Shown here piece by piece: positions 37,414 to 49,056 of a stretch of DNA of 64,000 bases. Location of the stretch: contig OY730414.1 in the NCBI GenBank assembly GCA_963422615.1, positions 1,720,302 through 1,784,301 of the forward strand, in the 5' to 3' direction. The notes under the pieces are model-generated. The model had not been told where the DNA came from and did no database searches. It saw only the letters and a list, made by a program, of their open reading frames with translations. Source of the stretch: Longimicrobiales bacterium. GTDB lineage: Bacteria; Gemmatimonadota; Gemmatimonadetes; Longimicrobiales; Gaopeijiaceae. Numbering within the stretch: position 1 is the stretch's first letter; each line of letters begins with the position of its first letter. The position numbers and the translations under genes were made by a program.

Positions 37414-37629
37414 TTATCCCTCCCGGAAGATCCAGACCCGGATCAGAACCGCTCCCCAGACCAGGCCGACGGCGCCCCAAACTAGCTTGGCGTACAAAGG
37501 CGGCAAATCCAGGCCTGCCTGAATGATCAGGCCTCCGCCTGCTGTGAGCAGAAGCGTTCCGATGAAGAAGGCCGTGTCCTCCCAATGAGAACGTCGGCGG
37601 TTCGGGTCTTTGGGCTGGGTTCCAGACAT
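37414..37629 (-). CDS. small hypothetical membrane protein (2 TM)
   Basis: 71 aa with two hydrophobic helices. Confidence 0.5.
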   Translation of the reverse strand: MSGTQPKDPNRRRSHWEDTAFFIGTLLLTAGGGLIIQAGLDLPPLYAKLVWGAVGLVWGAVLIRVWIFREG

Positions 37630-37778
37630 GACTTCGGATACGGTGGCGGGGTTAGACCCCTTTACGATGGGATGATTTTCGAGCCGCCGCCACACATGGC
37701 ACTCCCGACCGCGCTGGAACGGCGCCCGGACCGCGGTTAGCTTCTCCGTGTGGAAAGCGACGCTTCAGCTTTCTTTTT

Positions 37779-37852
37779 GCGCCCGTAGCTCAGCTGGATA
37801 GAGCATCGGCCTTCTAAGCCGAGGGTCCCAGGTTCGAATCCTGGCGGGCGTA
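37779..37852 (+). tRNA. tRNA-Arg (TCT), CCA not encoded
   Basis: GCGCCCG/CGGGCGT acceptor stem, D arm AGCTCAGCTGGATAGAGC, anticodon arm TCGGC-CTTCTAA-GCCGA, GGTTCGAATCC. Confidence 0.96.
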
Positions 37853-37871
37853 CTGCATACCGCGCGGGGGA

Positions 37872-39362
37872 TCAGCGCTCCGGCACCGCCTCCATCAGAA
37901 TCCCCAAGGCATTGCGGAGCGCTCTGTCTCCGGGACCGGCCCCGCTGTAGTGGCCCAACCGTACGACCACCAGGTCGTGAGACGGGACGATGATGGTCCG
38001 CTGGCCGCCTGCCCCCGCCATGTAGAAGGCGCTCTCGGGCACGGGTAGCTGGCTTTCTCCGTTGACCCAGAAGAAACCGCCTCCGTATACGTTACGCCCG
38101 TCCGCCTCCCAGGCGGGGGCCACGGTGGAGACGTAGTCCACGTATCCCTCGGGGAGAATCCGCTCCCCGTTCGCTACTCCGTCGGTCAGATACAAATTGC
38201 CCAGTCGCGCCCAGTCCCGGCCGCTGCCGAACTCGTAGCCCTGCAATAGGAAGTTGCCATAGGGGTCGGTCTCCGGAATCAGGTTGCGGATGCCGAGCTT
38301 GTCGAAAAGGTGCCGTTGGGGAAACAAGGCGTAGTTTTCCCCCAGCTGCTCCACACCCAGCCGGACCAAGTAGTTCGTGATTACGGGGTCGGAGTTTCGG
38401 TAGCGACCCACCGTGTTAGGCTCCCACTGAAGATCTTTCCCCGCCGCCCACTTGAACGAATTCACGGTTCCCGTATACACGTACAGGTGGTCGGGGTATC
38501 CGATCCCTGGATCGAAGTCCGGGTCCTGGGGAGCCCGAAACCGCAGGCCCGAGGACATTCTCATGATGTCGCCAATCCGAATCTGTGCCCGGGGATCCCC
38601 TTCGGACTGCCACTCCGGAACCGGCGCGGGTTGCCAGAGCTGGAAGATGCCCTTTTGGATCAGCACGGCCATGAGCGTACCGGTAAGGCTCTTCCCCATG
38701 GACCAGCTCTCCAGAGGCGTGGTGGGGTCAATGCCGTCCCGGTACCGTTCGCCAATCAGTCTGCCCCGATGGGCGACCACGAAAGCAGCGGTCATGGCTT
38801 CCGGCGGATCAAAGGCCGAGTCCACCGCCCGGGCGACCCCCTCCATGTCCACATCGGGGGGGAACGGTTCGTCAGGAAGCCGGTCTCCCATGGGCCACGG
38901 GGTCGTCTCCGGATCGGGAAGGTTCGGGACGACCTCAACGGCTTCATAGTAGGGCTCGGATTCTCCGACGGGCAATGCCACACAGCCTTGTCCACCGTGG
39001 CGTATTGCGGACCGCACCGTCCCATCCGGGAGCGTGAGGTGAATCCGTTCGTTCTCGTAGTCCACCACCGTGTCCGTCACGGCGGCCCGATGCTCCGCCG
39101 GGGCACTAAAAAAACCGGTGTGCGCCGCTGCGAACTCCGGATCAAGCCCGGAAAGGAAGACATTGGAACAGAGGATCTTGGCGAAACCGGCAGTTCCATG
39201 GACCAGGGGATCTCCAGGCGGAATCGCCCACTCTCCGGGCAGTTCAAGAGACGTTCCCCGGGCGATCAAGGCTGCTTGGGCGTCATCAACGGAACTCTGG
39301 CCTTGGGGTCCGCAACCGAGAGCAAGCGGGGCGAAAACAGAGAAAAGGACGAGCCGGTTCAT
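37872..39362 (-). CDS. serine hydrolase, beta-lactamase/penicillin-binding family (lipoprotein)
   Basis: SMGK (SxxK), YRN (YxN), FYMAGAGGQ, DLVVVRLG; lipobox LALGC. Confidence 0.88.
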   Translation of the reverse strand: MNRLVLFSVFAPLALGCGPQGQSSVDDAQAALIARGTSLELPGEWAIPPGDPLVHGTAGFAKILCSNVFLSGLDPEFAAAHTGFFSAPAEHRAAVTDTVVDYENERIHLTLPDGTVRSAIRHGGQGCVALPVGESEPYYEAVEVVPNLPDPETTPWPMGDRLPDEPFPPDVDMEGVARAVDSAFDPPEAMTAAFVVAHRGRLIGERYRDGIDPTTPLESWSMGKSLTGTLMAVLIQKGIFQLWQPAPVPEWQSEGDPRAQIRIGDIMRMSSGLRFRAPQDPDFDPGIGYPDHLYVYTGTVNSFKWAAGKDLQWEPNTVGRYRNSDPVITNYLVRLGVEQLGENYALFPQRHLFDKLGIRNLIPETDPYGNFLLQGYEFGSGRDWARLGNLYLTDGVANGERILPEGYVDYVSTVAPAWEADGRNVYGGGFFWVNGESQLPVPESAFYMAGAGGQRTIIVPSHDLVVVRLGHYSGAGPGDRALRNALGILMEAVPER

Positions 39363-39716
39363 GCGTGTACTCCAGTTCCTATAGGAAGAAGAATGGGAGC
39401 CCTTGAGCGCGACTGCACCTCTCCCAGGGTCCGTTTCGGCGAATCTATGGAAAGAGACGGCAAGAGACAGAATACGAGGGCCGCTTCGGGTCGAACAAGT
39501 ACCCTTCGGGATTCCCGGACAAGCGCCCTCTTTGGGGAATCTCCGTCCAGCGTCCGCCCTCCGGGGACGTCAGGGAGGAACACTATGGGACACGAGAGGC
39601 TACAGCCCCGGCGGGGAACATCGAGAAAACGGACCCCGTAAGGGGCGGATCCTCGAAGGGGTGTACGATTCGTCGGATCGTGTTATCTTGATGCGTCCGG
39701 GAACTTCTGGAGCGAT

Positions 39717-39791
39717 GGTGGGCGTAGCTCAGTCGGTTAGAGCGCCGGATTGTGGTTCCGGAGGTCGCCGGTTCGAATCCGGTCGTCCACC
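39717..39791 (+). tRNA. tRNA-His (GTG) with encoded G-1, full CCA not encoded
   Basis: G-GTGGGCG/CGTCCAC-C acceptor, anticodon arm CCGGA-TTGTGGT-TCCGG, GGTTCGAATCC. Confidence 0.96.
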
Positions 39792-39910
39792 CTGGAGTCG
39801 GCGGACAGGAGGGCTCTCCTCTCGGATCGCAGAATCCGGGGAGGGAAGGCGGGACTTCCCGGCAGTCCTCTGGACGGAGGGGTTTTGGGGAACTGATTTC
39901 TGGACCCCTG

Positions 39911-39939
39911 TTGACACTTCCGATCACGACCCTTACCAT
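39911..39939 (+). promoter_or_regulatory. sigma70 promoter of the 16S rRNA gene
   Basis: TTGACA, 17-bp spacer, TACCAT. Confidence 0.8.
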
Positions 39940-40025
39940 TAAGGTCGCTTTGAACGAGTCACTCCGGGCGGTTGACACCGCGCCGGGGTTTCGGTGCCGA
40001 GAGTTCGGCTCTCGGGTGTTTTTTG

Positions 40026-41856
<1,831 letters not shown>

Positions 41857-41962
41857 TCGAACCAGTTCTGCCCCTCTCCCAAGATGGCTTCGTCGGTCCC
41901 GGCGGCGCTACGGAACGATCTTTGGGAAGAAAGTTCTCTTCCGGGTGCGGCCGATTCCTTCC

Positions 41963-42895
41963 ATGCATGCAGACCGGGCGGAACATCAATGCGGGGGTGG
42001 GGCACGACGGGCTGGCTACGTTCTTCTTGTGGGTTTGCCCAACGCTGGAAAGTCCATGTTGCTCAACGCACTTGTGGGAGAGCATCTGAGCATCGTCACG
42101 GCAAAGGCCCAGACAACGTGGCAACGAGTGGCGGGAATCAGAACAGAAGGTCAGACGCAGATGATCTTCCTTGATACCCCGGGGATCGTCACGAGTAGAA
42201 GTCTTTTCCACAGGTTTCTTTCGGAAGAGACGGCCCGGGCCCGGAGGGATGCAGACATGACCATTGGGGTGGTGGACGGTGCCGTGAGGCCCCGGGCGAA
42301 AGACCTGGGACTCTTGGCCGATTTTCTTCGCAAGGTGAGGGGTCCGGCGGGTCTTGCAGTGACCAAAGCGGACGCCCCCGGTTTCAACCTTGAGCATCTG
42401 CGAATCGCAGAAGATCGATTCGGGTTGTCAGCCTTTGCGGTGTCGGCAAAAGTCGGCACGGGTTTGGAGACGTTCCTTACTTTCGTGCGGTCGCGTCTTT
42501 CCGAAGGCCCTTTTCTCTACCCCCAGGACGATGTTGCGGACTTGCCCACCAGATTCTTCGTCCAGGAACTCATCAGAGAAACGATTTTCGAACAGTATCA
42601 CCAGGAACTCCCCTATTCGGTCGCCGTACACGTGGAGGAGTTCCTTGAAGACGAAGATCCGATCTACATCGCGGCAACCCTTTACGCAGAACGGAAATCC
42701 CAGAAAGGGATGCTCATCGGGAAGGGTGGCTCCGGGATCAAGGCCCTGGGCGGCGCGGCCCGCCGGAAGATCGAGCGCCTTCTGGGCAAGCGGGTGTACC
42801 TCAACTTGTGGATAAAGGTCTGGGAGGGATGGCGCCGCAAGAAAAAGGGTCTCATGAAATTCGGCTACGCTGCACCCGATGAGAAGCGGAGCTAG
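41963..42895 (+). CDS. era: GTPase Era
   Basis: GLPNAGKS, KAQTT, DTPG, TKAD, ELPYSVAV and KH-domain IGKGG...YLNLWIKV. Confidence 0.95.
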   Translation: MHADRAEHQCGGGARRAGYVLLVGLPNAGKSMLLNALVGEHLSIVTAKAQTTWQRVAGIRTEGQTQMIFLDTPGIVTSRSLFHRFLSEETARARRDADMTIGVVDGAVRPRAKDLGLLADFLRKVRGPAGLAVTKADAPGFNLEHLRIAEDRFGLSAFAVSAKVGTGLETFLTFVRSRLSEGPFLYPQDDVADLPTRFFVQELIRETIFEQYHQELPYSVAVHVEEFLEDEDPIYIAATLYAERKSQKGMLIGKGGSGIKALGGAARRKIERLLGKRVYLNLWIKVWEGWRRKKKGLMKFGYAAPDEKRS

Positions 42896-43886
42896 CGCTT
42901 CTTGGCGGAGGGCGGGCGTCCCGCTTCTGCTGACGTTATCCAACTTTTCCCTTGCGGGTGCCTCCGGCCAGGAGGTCGGGGAGGGGGCTGGGGCTCAGGA
43001 GGGAGCCCTCTTCCTTTTGCTCCCCGTAGGTGCCCAGGGAGTGGGGCTGGGTCGGGCGATGACGGCGCTTCCGAGCGAAGAGGGCGCGTTTTGGAACCCG
43101 GCCGCGTTGGCGGAGCAGACCCAGCGAAGGGCGATGGTGTATCGCGGGGATCAGCTGGCTGGAGAAGCGACTGCCGTGAACCTGCTGTTTCCTTGGAGGC
43201 GGGTGGGGACTTTTGGTCTTTCCTACTTCCTCCTGGACATCGGCGACCAGGATCTGCGGGACGAGTTCGGAAACGTCCTGGGTGCGATCTCGGTTCGTAA
43301 TCATCTCGGGGTGGCAAGCTTCGGCTGGTCTTTCATGGGCGGGATCCACGTGGGCATCAACATGAAGCGGGTTCAGTTCAGGGTGGAGTGCCGGGGGCAG
43401 TGTCCGGATCTGGAAACGACCAGCGCTGCGTACGCCATGGATGTGGGATTGCAGGCAGAGCCCTTTGCCAGGATCCCCCTTCGGTTCGGATGGATGCTGG
43501 CCCATGCGGGAACCGACTTTCAGGTCGTCAACGAAGAGCAGTCGGACCCCTTGCCGACCCGGCTTCGCTTCGCCGCCGCATACGAAGTTCTGCACCACTT
43601 TCTTGCCGAAGAGCCCATGGACCTCTGGGTCGCGCTGGAAGGGGAGGACCGAGCCAGGGACCTGGGCTCCCCGTCATTCTACGCGGGCCTGAGTTTCTCA
43701 GCCGCCGACCTCTTTTTCGTGCGGGCCGGATATGTCCATGGGGAGTTGGACCAAACCGACGGGGCGTCCGCCGGCGTCGGGTTCCGCTTCGACCGGTTTG
43801 ACCTGAACCTGGCCAAGTCCCTCGTCCGTTCTACGGTGACGGGGGAGAGCGAGCCGATCCACGTCACCTTTGGTGTAGCCTTTTAG
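42879..43886 (+). CDS. PorV/PorQ-like outer-membrane beta-barrel protein
   Basis: GALFLLLPVGAQGVGLGRA...AFWNPAALA, DPLPTRLR, FVRAGY, terminal F. Confidence 0.75.
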   Translation: MRSGASASWRRAGVPLLLTLSNFSLAGASGQEVGEGAGAQEGALFLLLPVGAQGVGLGRAMTALPSEEGAFWNPAALAEQTQRRAMVYRGDQLAGEATAVNLLFPWRRVGTFGLSYFLLDIGDQDLRDEFGNVLGAISVRNHLGVASFGWSFMGGIHVGINMKRVQFRVECRGQCPDLETTSAAYAMDVGLQAEPFARIPLRFGWMLAHAGTDFQVVNEEQSDPLPTRLRFAAAYEVLHHFLAEEPMDLWVALEGEDRARDLGSPSFYAGLSFSAADLFFVRAGYVHGELDQTDGASAGVGFRFDRFDLNLAKSLVRSTVTGESEPIHVTFGVAF

Positions 43887-43944
43887 CGTTGGACGGACCC
43901 CAAAATTTGCCTCTCAATCGCCCTTTGCGGTTAAGGTTCGGCGC

Positions 43945-44901
43945 ATGAGGCTCCTCTTCGTTCTCTGGATGCCCGCAACCGTCTTGGGTGCTGCCGCTCC
44001 TGCTGTGACGATGTCGGCTCAGGAAGCGGGAGCTTCGTTGTTGGGTGCAGGCTTTCCGGGCCGGAGGGTTGCTCCGTTGCTGGCGCGGATCGCTCCGCCC
44101 CCATGCCCGCCGGGCGCGCCGGGAGGGCTGGGCATCAAACTGTGCAGCCGCCCCGGTTTCGACGCTCTGGCTGGGCCCGAAGCCCGTCCAGGGTACCTAG
44201 AATCCGAGAACCGTCCCCGGATTCCGGCCCCGATCCGGCACTCGGGTCAGGGCGAAGCCTTTCTGTATTCCCTGGTCGTCCCGGGGCTCTCCCAATACCG
44301 GTTGGGTACCCGCCGCTGGATCGCTTACGCCGGACTGGAGGCCGTGTCCGCGCTTCTGTACTTCCGTTTTCGGGCAGATGCCAGAAGGTCCCGCGCCGCC
44401 TATCGAGACTTCGCGTGGGAACGGGCTCGCCTGGGGATGAGCCCGGGGCCCCGCCGGGACGGGGACTTTTTCTACTACGAAGTCCTCTCGAAGTGGGACG
44501 CTTCCGGGGCATGGGACTCGGATTCTTCCCTTCAAGGGCTGCAGCCCGAAACGGATCCGAGCACCTACAACGGGTCGGTCTGGGCCCTGGCGGTTGAGAT
44601 CTTTTCCCTTGACCCGTCGGTGCCGGAGCGATCTCCGGGATACGTCCGGGCCCTGGACTACTACCGGACGCGGGGATACGGCGCCCCGTTCCTTTGGGCC
44701 TGGATGGGAAAGGGCGCCCGGACTCGTTACGGGGAGCTGATTTCCGAGAGCGATCATCGTTCTCGAAGCATCCGCCGAGCCCTTTGGGTGCTGGTCGCCA
44801 ACCACATGGTCAGCGCGATCGACGGATTGATCATGGTTCGGCTGGGGACCCAGCCGCATACGGATCGGACCGAGCTGGTCTTCTCCGTCGGCACCTCTTG
44901 A
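43945..44901 (+). CDS. hypothetical exported/membrane protein (DUF5683-like motif)
   Basis: AFLYSLVVPGLSQY, YYEVLSKW, NHMVSAID. Confidence 0.55.
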   Translation: MRLLFVLWMPATVLGAAAPAVTMSAQEAGASLLGAGFPGRRVAPLLARIAPPPCPPGAPGGLGIKLCSRPGFDALAGPEARPGYLESENRPRIPAPIRHSGQGEAFLYSLVVPGLSQYRLGTRRWIAYAGLEAVSALLYFRFRADARRSRAAYRDFAWERARLGMSPGPRRDGDFFYYEVLSKWDASGAWDSDSSLQGLQPETDPSTYNGSVWALAVEIFSLDPSVPERSPGYVRALDYYRTRGYGAPFLWAWMGKGARTRYGELISESDHRSRSIRRALWVLVANHMVSAIDGLIMVRLGTQPHTDRTELVFSVGTS

Positions 44902-44944
44902 GAACACGTCGGCGCCGAGGCCGGTCGGCTTTCGGCCGGGAGCC

Positions 44945-45000
44945 CGAGGGTCTGCCGGTCCTGAACACCGCCTTCACAGGGCGGCGGTCCCTCGTTTTTT
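44945..45000 (+). terminator. intrinsic terminator upstream of prfB
   Basis: Long hairpin closed by CGAGGG/CCCTCG and followed by TTTTTT. Confidence 0.6.
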
Positions 45001-45154
45001 CGTCGGCGTCTTCGTGGAAAGGCCCCTTTCCGGGCGAGGTTTCGGGGGTCCACGGCGTGCCGGGCCTTCTTTATGTTTCGGAGCGAAGATTTGAGGCGGA
45101 GAAAATTTGGCGCCTTTGTCGACCTTACCCTGAAGGGAAGCGTTCGTGAGTCCC

Positions 45155-46268
45155 ATGGGAACGATTCAGGAAAGACTCCAGCGTCTCGAAGTCATGATTC
45201 GACGGATAGAAGAACTTCGGGGGTATCTTTGACATTGCCGGGAGAAGCGACCGGATCCGGGTCCTTGATCAGGCGATGGCCGGCCACGGGTTTTGGGAAA
45301 ATCGAGATGAAGCCCGTCGCGTCATCGCCGAAGCCAATGAACTCAAGGGGTGGGTGGAGCCGTGGAAGGCACTCTTCGAGAAGGGGGTGGAGCTTGCCGA
45401 GATGGGCGACCTCTTGGCGGGAGAAGAAGATTCCGACCTGGAAGAGGAGTGGAAGCACGAGGTGGATTGCCTGGAGCAGGAGCTCGACCGGCTTGAGCTT
45501 CGGACCATGCTTCAGGGAGAGGACGACCATCGGGAGGCCATGCTGACCATCCACCCGGGCGCGGGTGGACTGGAATCTCAGGACTGGGCGGAAATGCTCT
45601 CCCGCATGTACGGGCGGTGGGCGGAGCGGCGGGGGTATGGCGTGAAGCTCTTGGACATTCAACCGGGAGAAGAAGCCGGGATCAAGAGCGCGACCCTGGA
45701 GATCAAGGGAGACCATGCCTACGGCTACCTGCGGGCGGAGAGGGGGGTGCACCGCCTTGTCCGGATTTCTCCCTTCGACTCCCAGTCCCGGCGGCACACG
45801 TCCTTTGCCTCCGTGTTCGTCTACCCGTTACTGGACGACGAGATCGAGATCGAAATTGACGACGGCGATCTCCGAATCGACACGTTTCGGGCATCCGGGG
45901 CCGGGGGGCAACACGTCAACAAAACGGACTCGGCGATCCGGATCACCCACGAACCGACGGGAATCGTGGTCTCCTGCCAGCAAGAGCGTTCTCAGCACAA
46001 GAACCGATCCACGGCGATGAAGATGCTTGGAGCCGCCCTCTACCAAAGGGCCCGGGAAAAAAAGGAGAGGGACAAGCAGGCTCTGGAAGCCTCGAAAACC
46101 GAGATCGCTTGGGGCAACCAGATCCGGTCCTACGTCTTCGCCCCCTACACGATGGTCAACGACCACCGGACCGACGTGAAGCGGAGCGACGTCAACGGCG
46201 TGATGGATGGCGCCATAGACCCCTTCATCGAAGCCTACCTGAAGAAGTTCGGAGCGCGAGTCGCATGA
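45155..46268 (+). CDS. prfB: peptide chain release factor 2 with programmed +1 frameshift
   Basis: 25-codon ORF ends in GGGGG-TAT-CTT-TGA-C (TGA at 45230); the +1 frame carries SPF and GAGGQHVN. Confidence 0.96.
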
Positions 46269-47803
46269 CCGAGCGTCTGGCCGAAGACCTGCCGCGGATG
46301 ATGAGGAAGCGGCTGCAGAAGCTGACGAAGCTGAAGGAGCGGGGTATCGAGCCCTTTGCCTACTCGTATCCGGTCACCCATCACGCCGTCCCGTCGGTGG
46401 TCCGATTCGAAAAAGACGAGCGGGCCGGTGCCCTGCTGGAAGGAAAGGGGGAGGCGGGCCGTTGGGCGGGCCGGATGGTGAGCCTTCGATCCCATGGGAG
46501 GAGTGCCTTCGCGGATCTGGAGGACCAAACCGGCCGAATTCAGGTGTATTTCCAGCGGAATGTCCTGGGAGAGGACGCCTACTCCCTTCTGGACTTGCTG
46601 GACCTGGGTGACTGGATCGGAGTAGCGGGCTGCCTTTTCCGGACCCGGGCAGGTCAAGTCACGGTTCGCACCGACGCGCTCTGCCTGCTTTCCAAGTCAA
46701 TCCGTCCCCTTCCTCTGGGCAAGGTAGAAATGGCCGAAGGAGCGGATGCGGCCACCATCTATTCGGGATTCGCCAACCGGGAGCGCCGCTACCGGCAGCG
46801 GTACGCGGATCTGGCCGTGAATCCGGAAGTCCGGGAGGTGTTCCGGGCCCGAACCCGAATCATCACCACGGCCCGGCGGTTCTTGGACGACCTCGGCTTT
46901 ATGGAGGTTGAGACCCCCGTCCTTCAGCCCCTGTACGGTGGCGCGTCGGCTCGACCTTTCGTGACCCGTCATCTGGCCCTTGACCGTATGCTCTATCTTC
47001 GAATTGCCGACGAACTGTATCTGAAGCGCCTCATCGTCGGCGGCTTGAACCGGGTCTACGAGATCTCCAAGGACTTCCGAAACGAGGGAATCGACCGATT
47101 CCACAATCCCGAATTCACCATGCTGGAGTTCTACCAGGCATTTGCGGATTATGAGGATATGATGGAAATGGTGGAGCGCCTCATAGGAACCATGGCCCAG
47201 GCGGCGAAGGGAAGTCGGAGAATCTTGTACCAGGGGGCGGAGATCGACTTCGAGCCGCCCTTTGCCCGTCTTTCCTTTCTGGAGGGACTCCGAGAGGCGA
47301 TGGGGTCCGATCCGCTGGCGCTTTCGGTGGCGGAGGCCCGTTCCCGGGCCAAAGCCTTGGGGGCAGAGGGGCTCGAAGGTGCCGGAAGGGGCAAGCTCCT
47401 GGACGCCTTGTTCGGGGTGCTGGTCCAGCCTGATCTCGTCCAACCAACTTTTGTCACCGATCACCCGCAAGAGTTGAGCCCTCTAGCCAAGGCGAAGCGC
47501 GGAGCCCCTCACCTGTCGGAGCGGTTCGAGTTGTTCGTCGCCGGGCAAGAAATGGCCAACGCCTTCAGCGAGCTGAACGACCCCATCGTACAGAGAGCGC
47601 GCTTCGAAGACCAGGCTGCCCTTGGGGCGGCCGGGGACGAAGAGGCCCAGGTGGTCGACGAGGACTACATCCGGGCCTTGGAATATGGACTGCCTCCGAC
47701 GGGGGGCGTCGGCGTCGGCGTGGATCGCCTGGTCATGGTGTTGACGAACCAGGCTTCGATCCGTGACGTGATCCTTTTCCCGACGCTGAGGGACCCGGAA
47801 TGA
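46265..47803 (+). CDS. lysS: lysine--tRNA ligase (class II)
   Basis: RYRQRYADL, EVETPVL, YLRIADELYLKRL, FRNEG, ERFELF, YGLPPTGG. Confidence 0.97.
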   Translation: MTERLAEDLPRMMRKRLQKLTKLKERGIEPFAYSYPVTHHAVPSVVRFEKDERAGALLEGKGEAGRWAGRMVSLRSHGRSAFADLEDQTGRIQVYFQRNVLGEDAYSLLDLLDLGDWIGVAGCLFRTRAGQVTVRTDALCLLSKSIRPLPLGKVEMAEGADAATIYSGFANRERRYRQRYADLAVNPEVREVFRARTRIITTARRFLDDLGFMEVETPVLQPLYGGASARPFVTRHLALDRMLYLRIADELYLKRLIVGGLNRVYEISKDFRNEGIDRFHNPEFTMLEFYQAFADYEDMMEMVERLIGTMAQAAKGSRRILYQGAEIDFEPPFARLSFLEGLREAMGSDPLALSVAEARSRAKALGAEGLEGAGRGKLLDALFGVLVQPDLVQPTFVTDHPQELSPLAKAKRGAPHLSERFELFVAGQEMANAFSELNDPIVQRARFEDQAALGAAGDEEAQVVDEDYIRALEYGLPPTGGVGVGVDRLVMVLTNQASIRDVILFPTLRDPE

Positions 47804-49053
47804 ACTTCCGGATCGGGCTTGCCTGGTTTCTAGCTCGCCGCTACCTCGCCTCCCGTAGGGGTGGGAGGCTGCTGTCCTTCATCACTTGGATCGCCCTGTG
47901 TGGCATTGTCGTTGGGGTGACAGCTCTGGTCGTCGTGATCGGCGTGATGACCGGCATGCAGAACGAACTGCGCGAGAAGATCCTGGGGTCGAATCCCCAC
48001 GTGATCGTTCGCCAGTCCGGGGCTTCGTTGCGCATCGACGACTGGCGGCGGGTCGTCGCGGAGGCGGAAGCCGTGGAAGGCGTCATCTCCGCATCGCCTG
48101 TCGCTTTAACCCGAGTGGGCTTGTACAGATCCGAGTATGCGGAGGTGATTGACCTATACGGCGTGGATCTGAAGGGGGATGGGGTTCCAGTCACTCCCCT
48201 GGAGGACAGCCTGCGAGCGGAGCACATTTCCCTTCGGAGGTCCCCGGGCGGAATTGCGCCCATCGTCCTGGGGAGCGGGATCGCCGAACGAATGGCCCTG
48301 GTGGTGGGGGACACGGTCACGGTCATCTCCCTGGAGAACTTCCAAATTGGGCCCCTCGGGGAACTGGCGCCTCGGATGGTTGAATGGGAGGTTTCGGGGA
48401 CTTTTTCCACGGGTATGTACGACTACGACCTCCGCAACGGGTACGCCACCCTGGAGGACGTGCAGGACCTCCTGGACATCGGGGAGGATGTGGCGGCTTT
48501 CGTAGGGGTTCGAACAGAGGACCCGTGGAATGCGGCATCGGTCGCAGATGCCGTCCGCCAGGCCTTGGGGTGGCCCTACTTCGTTGACCCTTGGACCCAC
48601 TCCAACCGGCAGCTTTTCTCGGCTCTCAAGCTGGAGAAGCTGGCCATGGGTGTGATTCTGTCCCTGATTGTCCTTGTGGCCGCCTTCAACATTGTGAGCA
48701 CCCTGGTCATGGTGGTGGTCAACCGGACGCGGGAAATCGGCATCCTGAAGGCGATGGGGCTCACCCGAAAGGAGACGCTTCTTGCCTTCATTTTGCAGGG
48801 GGTCTGGATCGGGGTCATCGGTACCTTCGCGGGGATCGCCCTGGGACTGGGTCTCGCATTTCTCATTGAGCGGTACCGTCTGATCCCCATACCGCCCGAC
48901 ATCTACTTCGTGGACCGTCTGCCGGTAGACTTGTCTCCCTGGGACATCGTATGGATTGCCGGGGTCAGCCTCCTGATCTCCGTCGCTGCCACGATCTATC
49001 CCGCGCGGCGGGCTTCGGCCCTGGAGTCTGTGGAGGCCATCCGCCATGAGTGA
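47800..49053 (+). CDS. lipoprotein-releasing ABC permease (LolC/E family)
   Basis: GIVVGVTALVVVIGVMTG, VAAFNIVSTL...REIGILKAMG, YPARRAS. Confidence 0.9.
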   Translation: MNFRIGLAWFLARRYLASRRGGRLLSFITWIALCGIVVGVTALVVVIGVMTGMQNELREKILGSNPHVIVRQSGASLRIDDWRRVVAEAEAVEGVISASPVALTRVGLYRSEYAEVIDLYGVDLKGDGVPVTPLEDSLRAEHISLRRSPGGIAPIVLGSGIAERMALVVGDTVTVISLENFQIGPLGELAPRMVEWEVSGTFSTGMYDYDLRNGYATLEDVQDLLDIGEDVAAFVGVRTEDPWNAASVADAVRQALGWPYFVDPWTHSNRQLFSALKLEKLAMGVILSLIVLVAAFNIVSTLVMVVVNRTREIGILKAMGLTRKETLLAFILQGVWIGVIGTFAGIALGLGLAFLIERYRLIPIPPDIYFVDRLPVDLSPWDIVWIAGVSLLISVAATIYPARRASALESVEAIRHE

Positions 49054-49056
49054 GCC

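Noticed and set aside
39370..39640. Glycine or other known riboswitch upstream of the serine hydrolase
   Set aside because: GGAGA and CCGAAG fragments occur but not in the required order or spacing. Kept only as an unassigned structure.
37853..39716. Genomic island between the two tRNAs
   Set aside because: No integrase, no duplicated tRNA 3' end and no composition shift.
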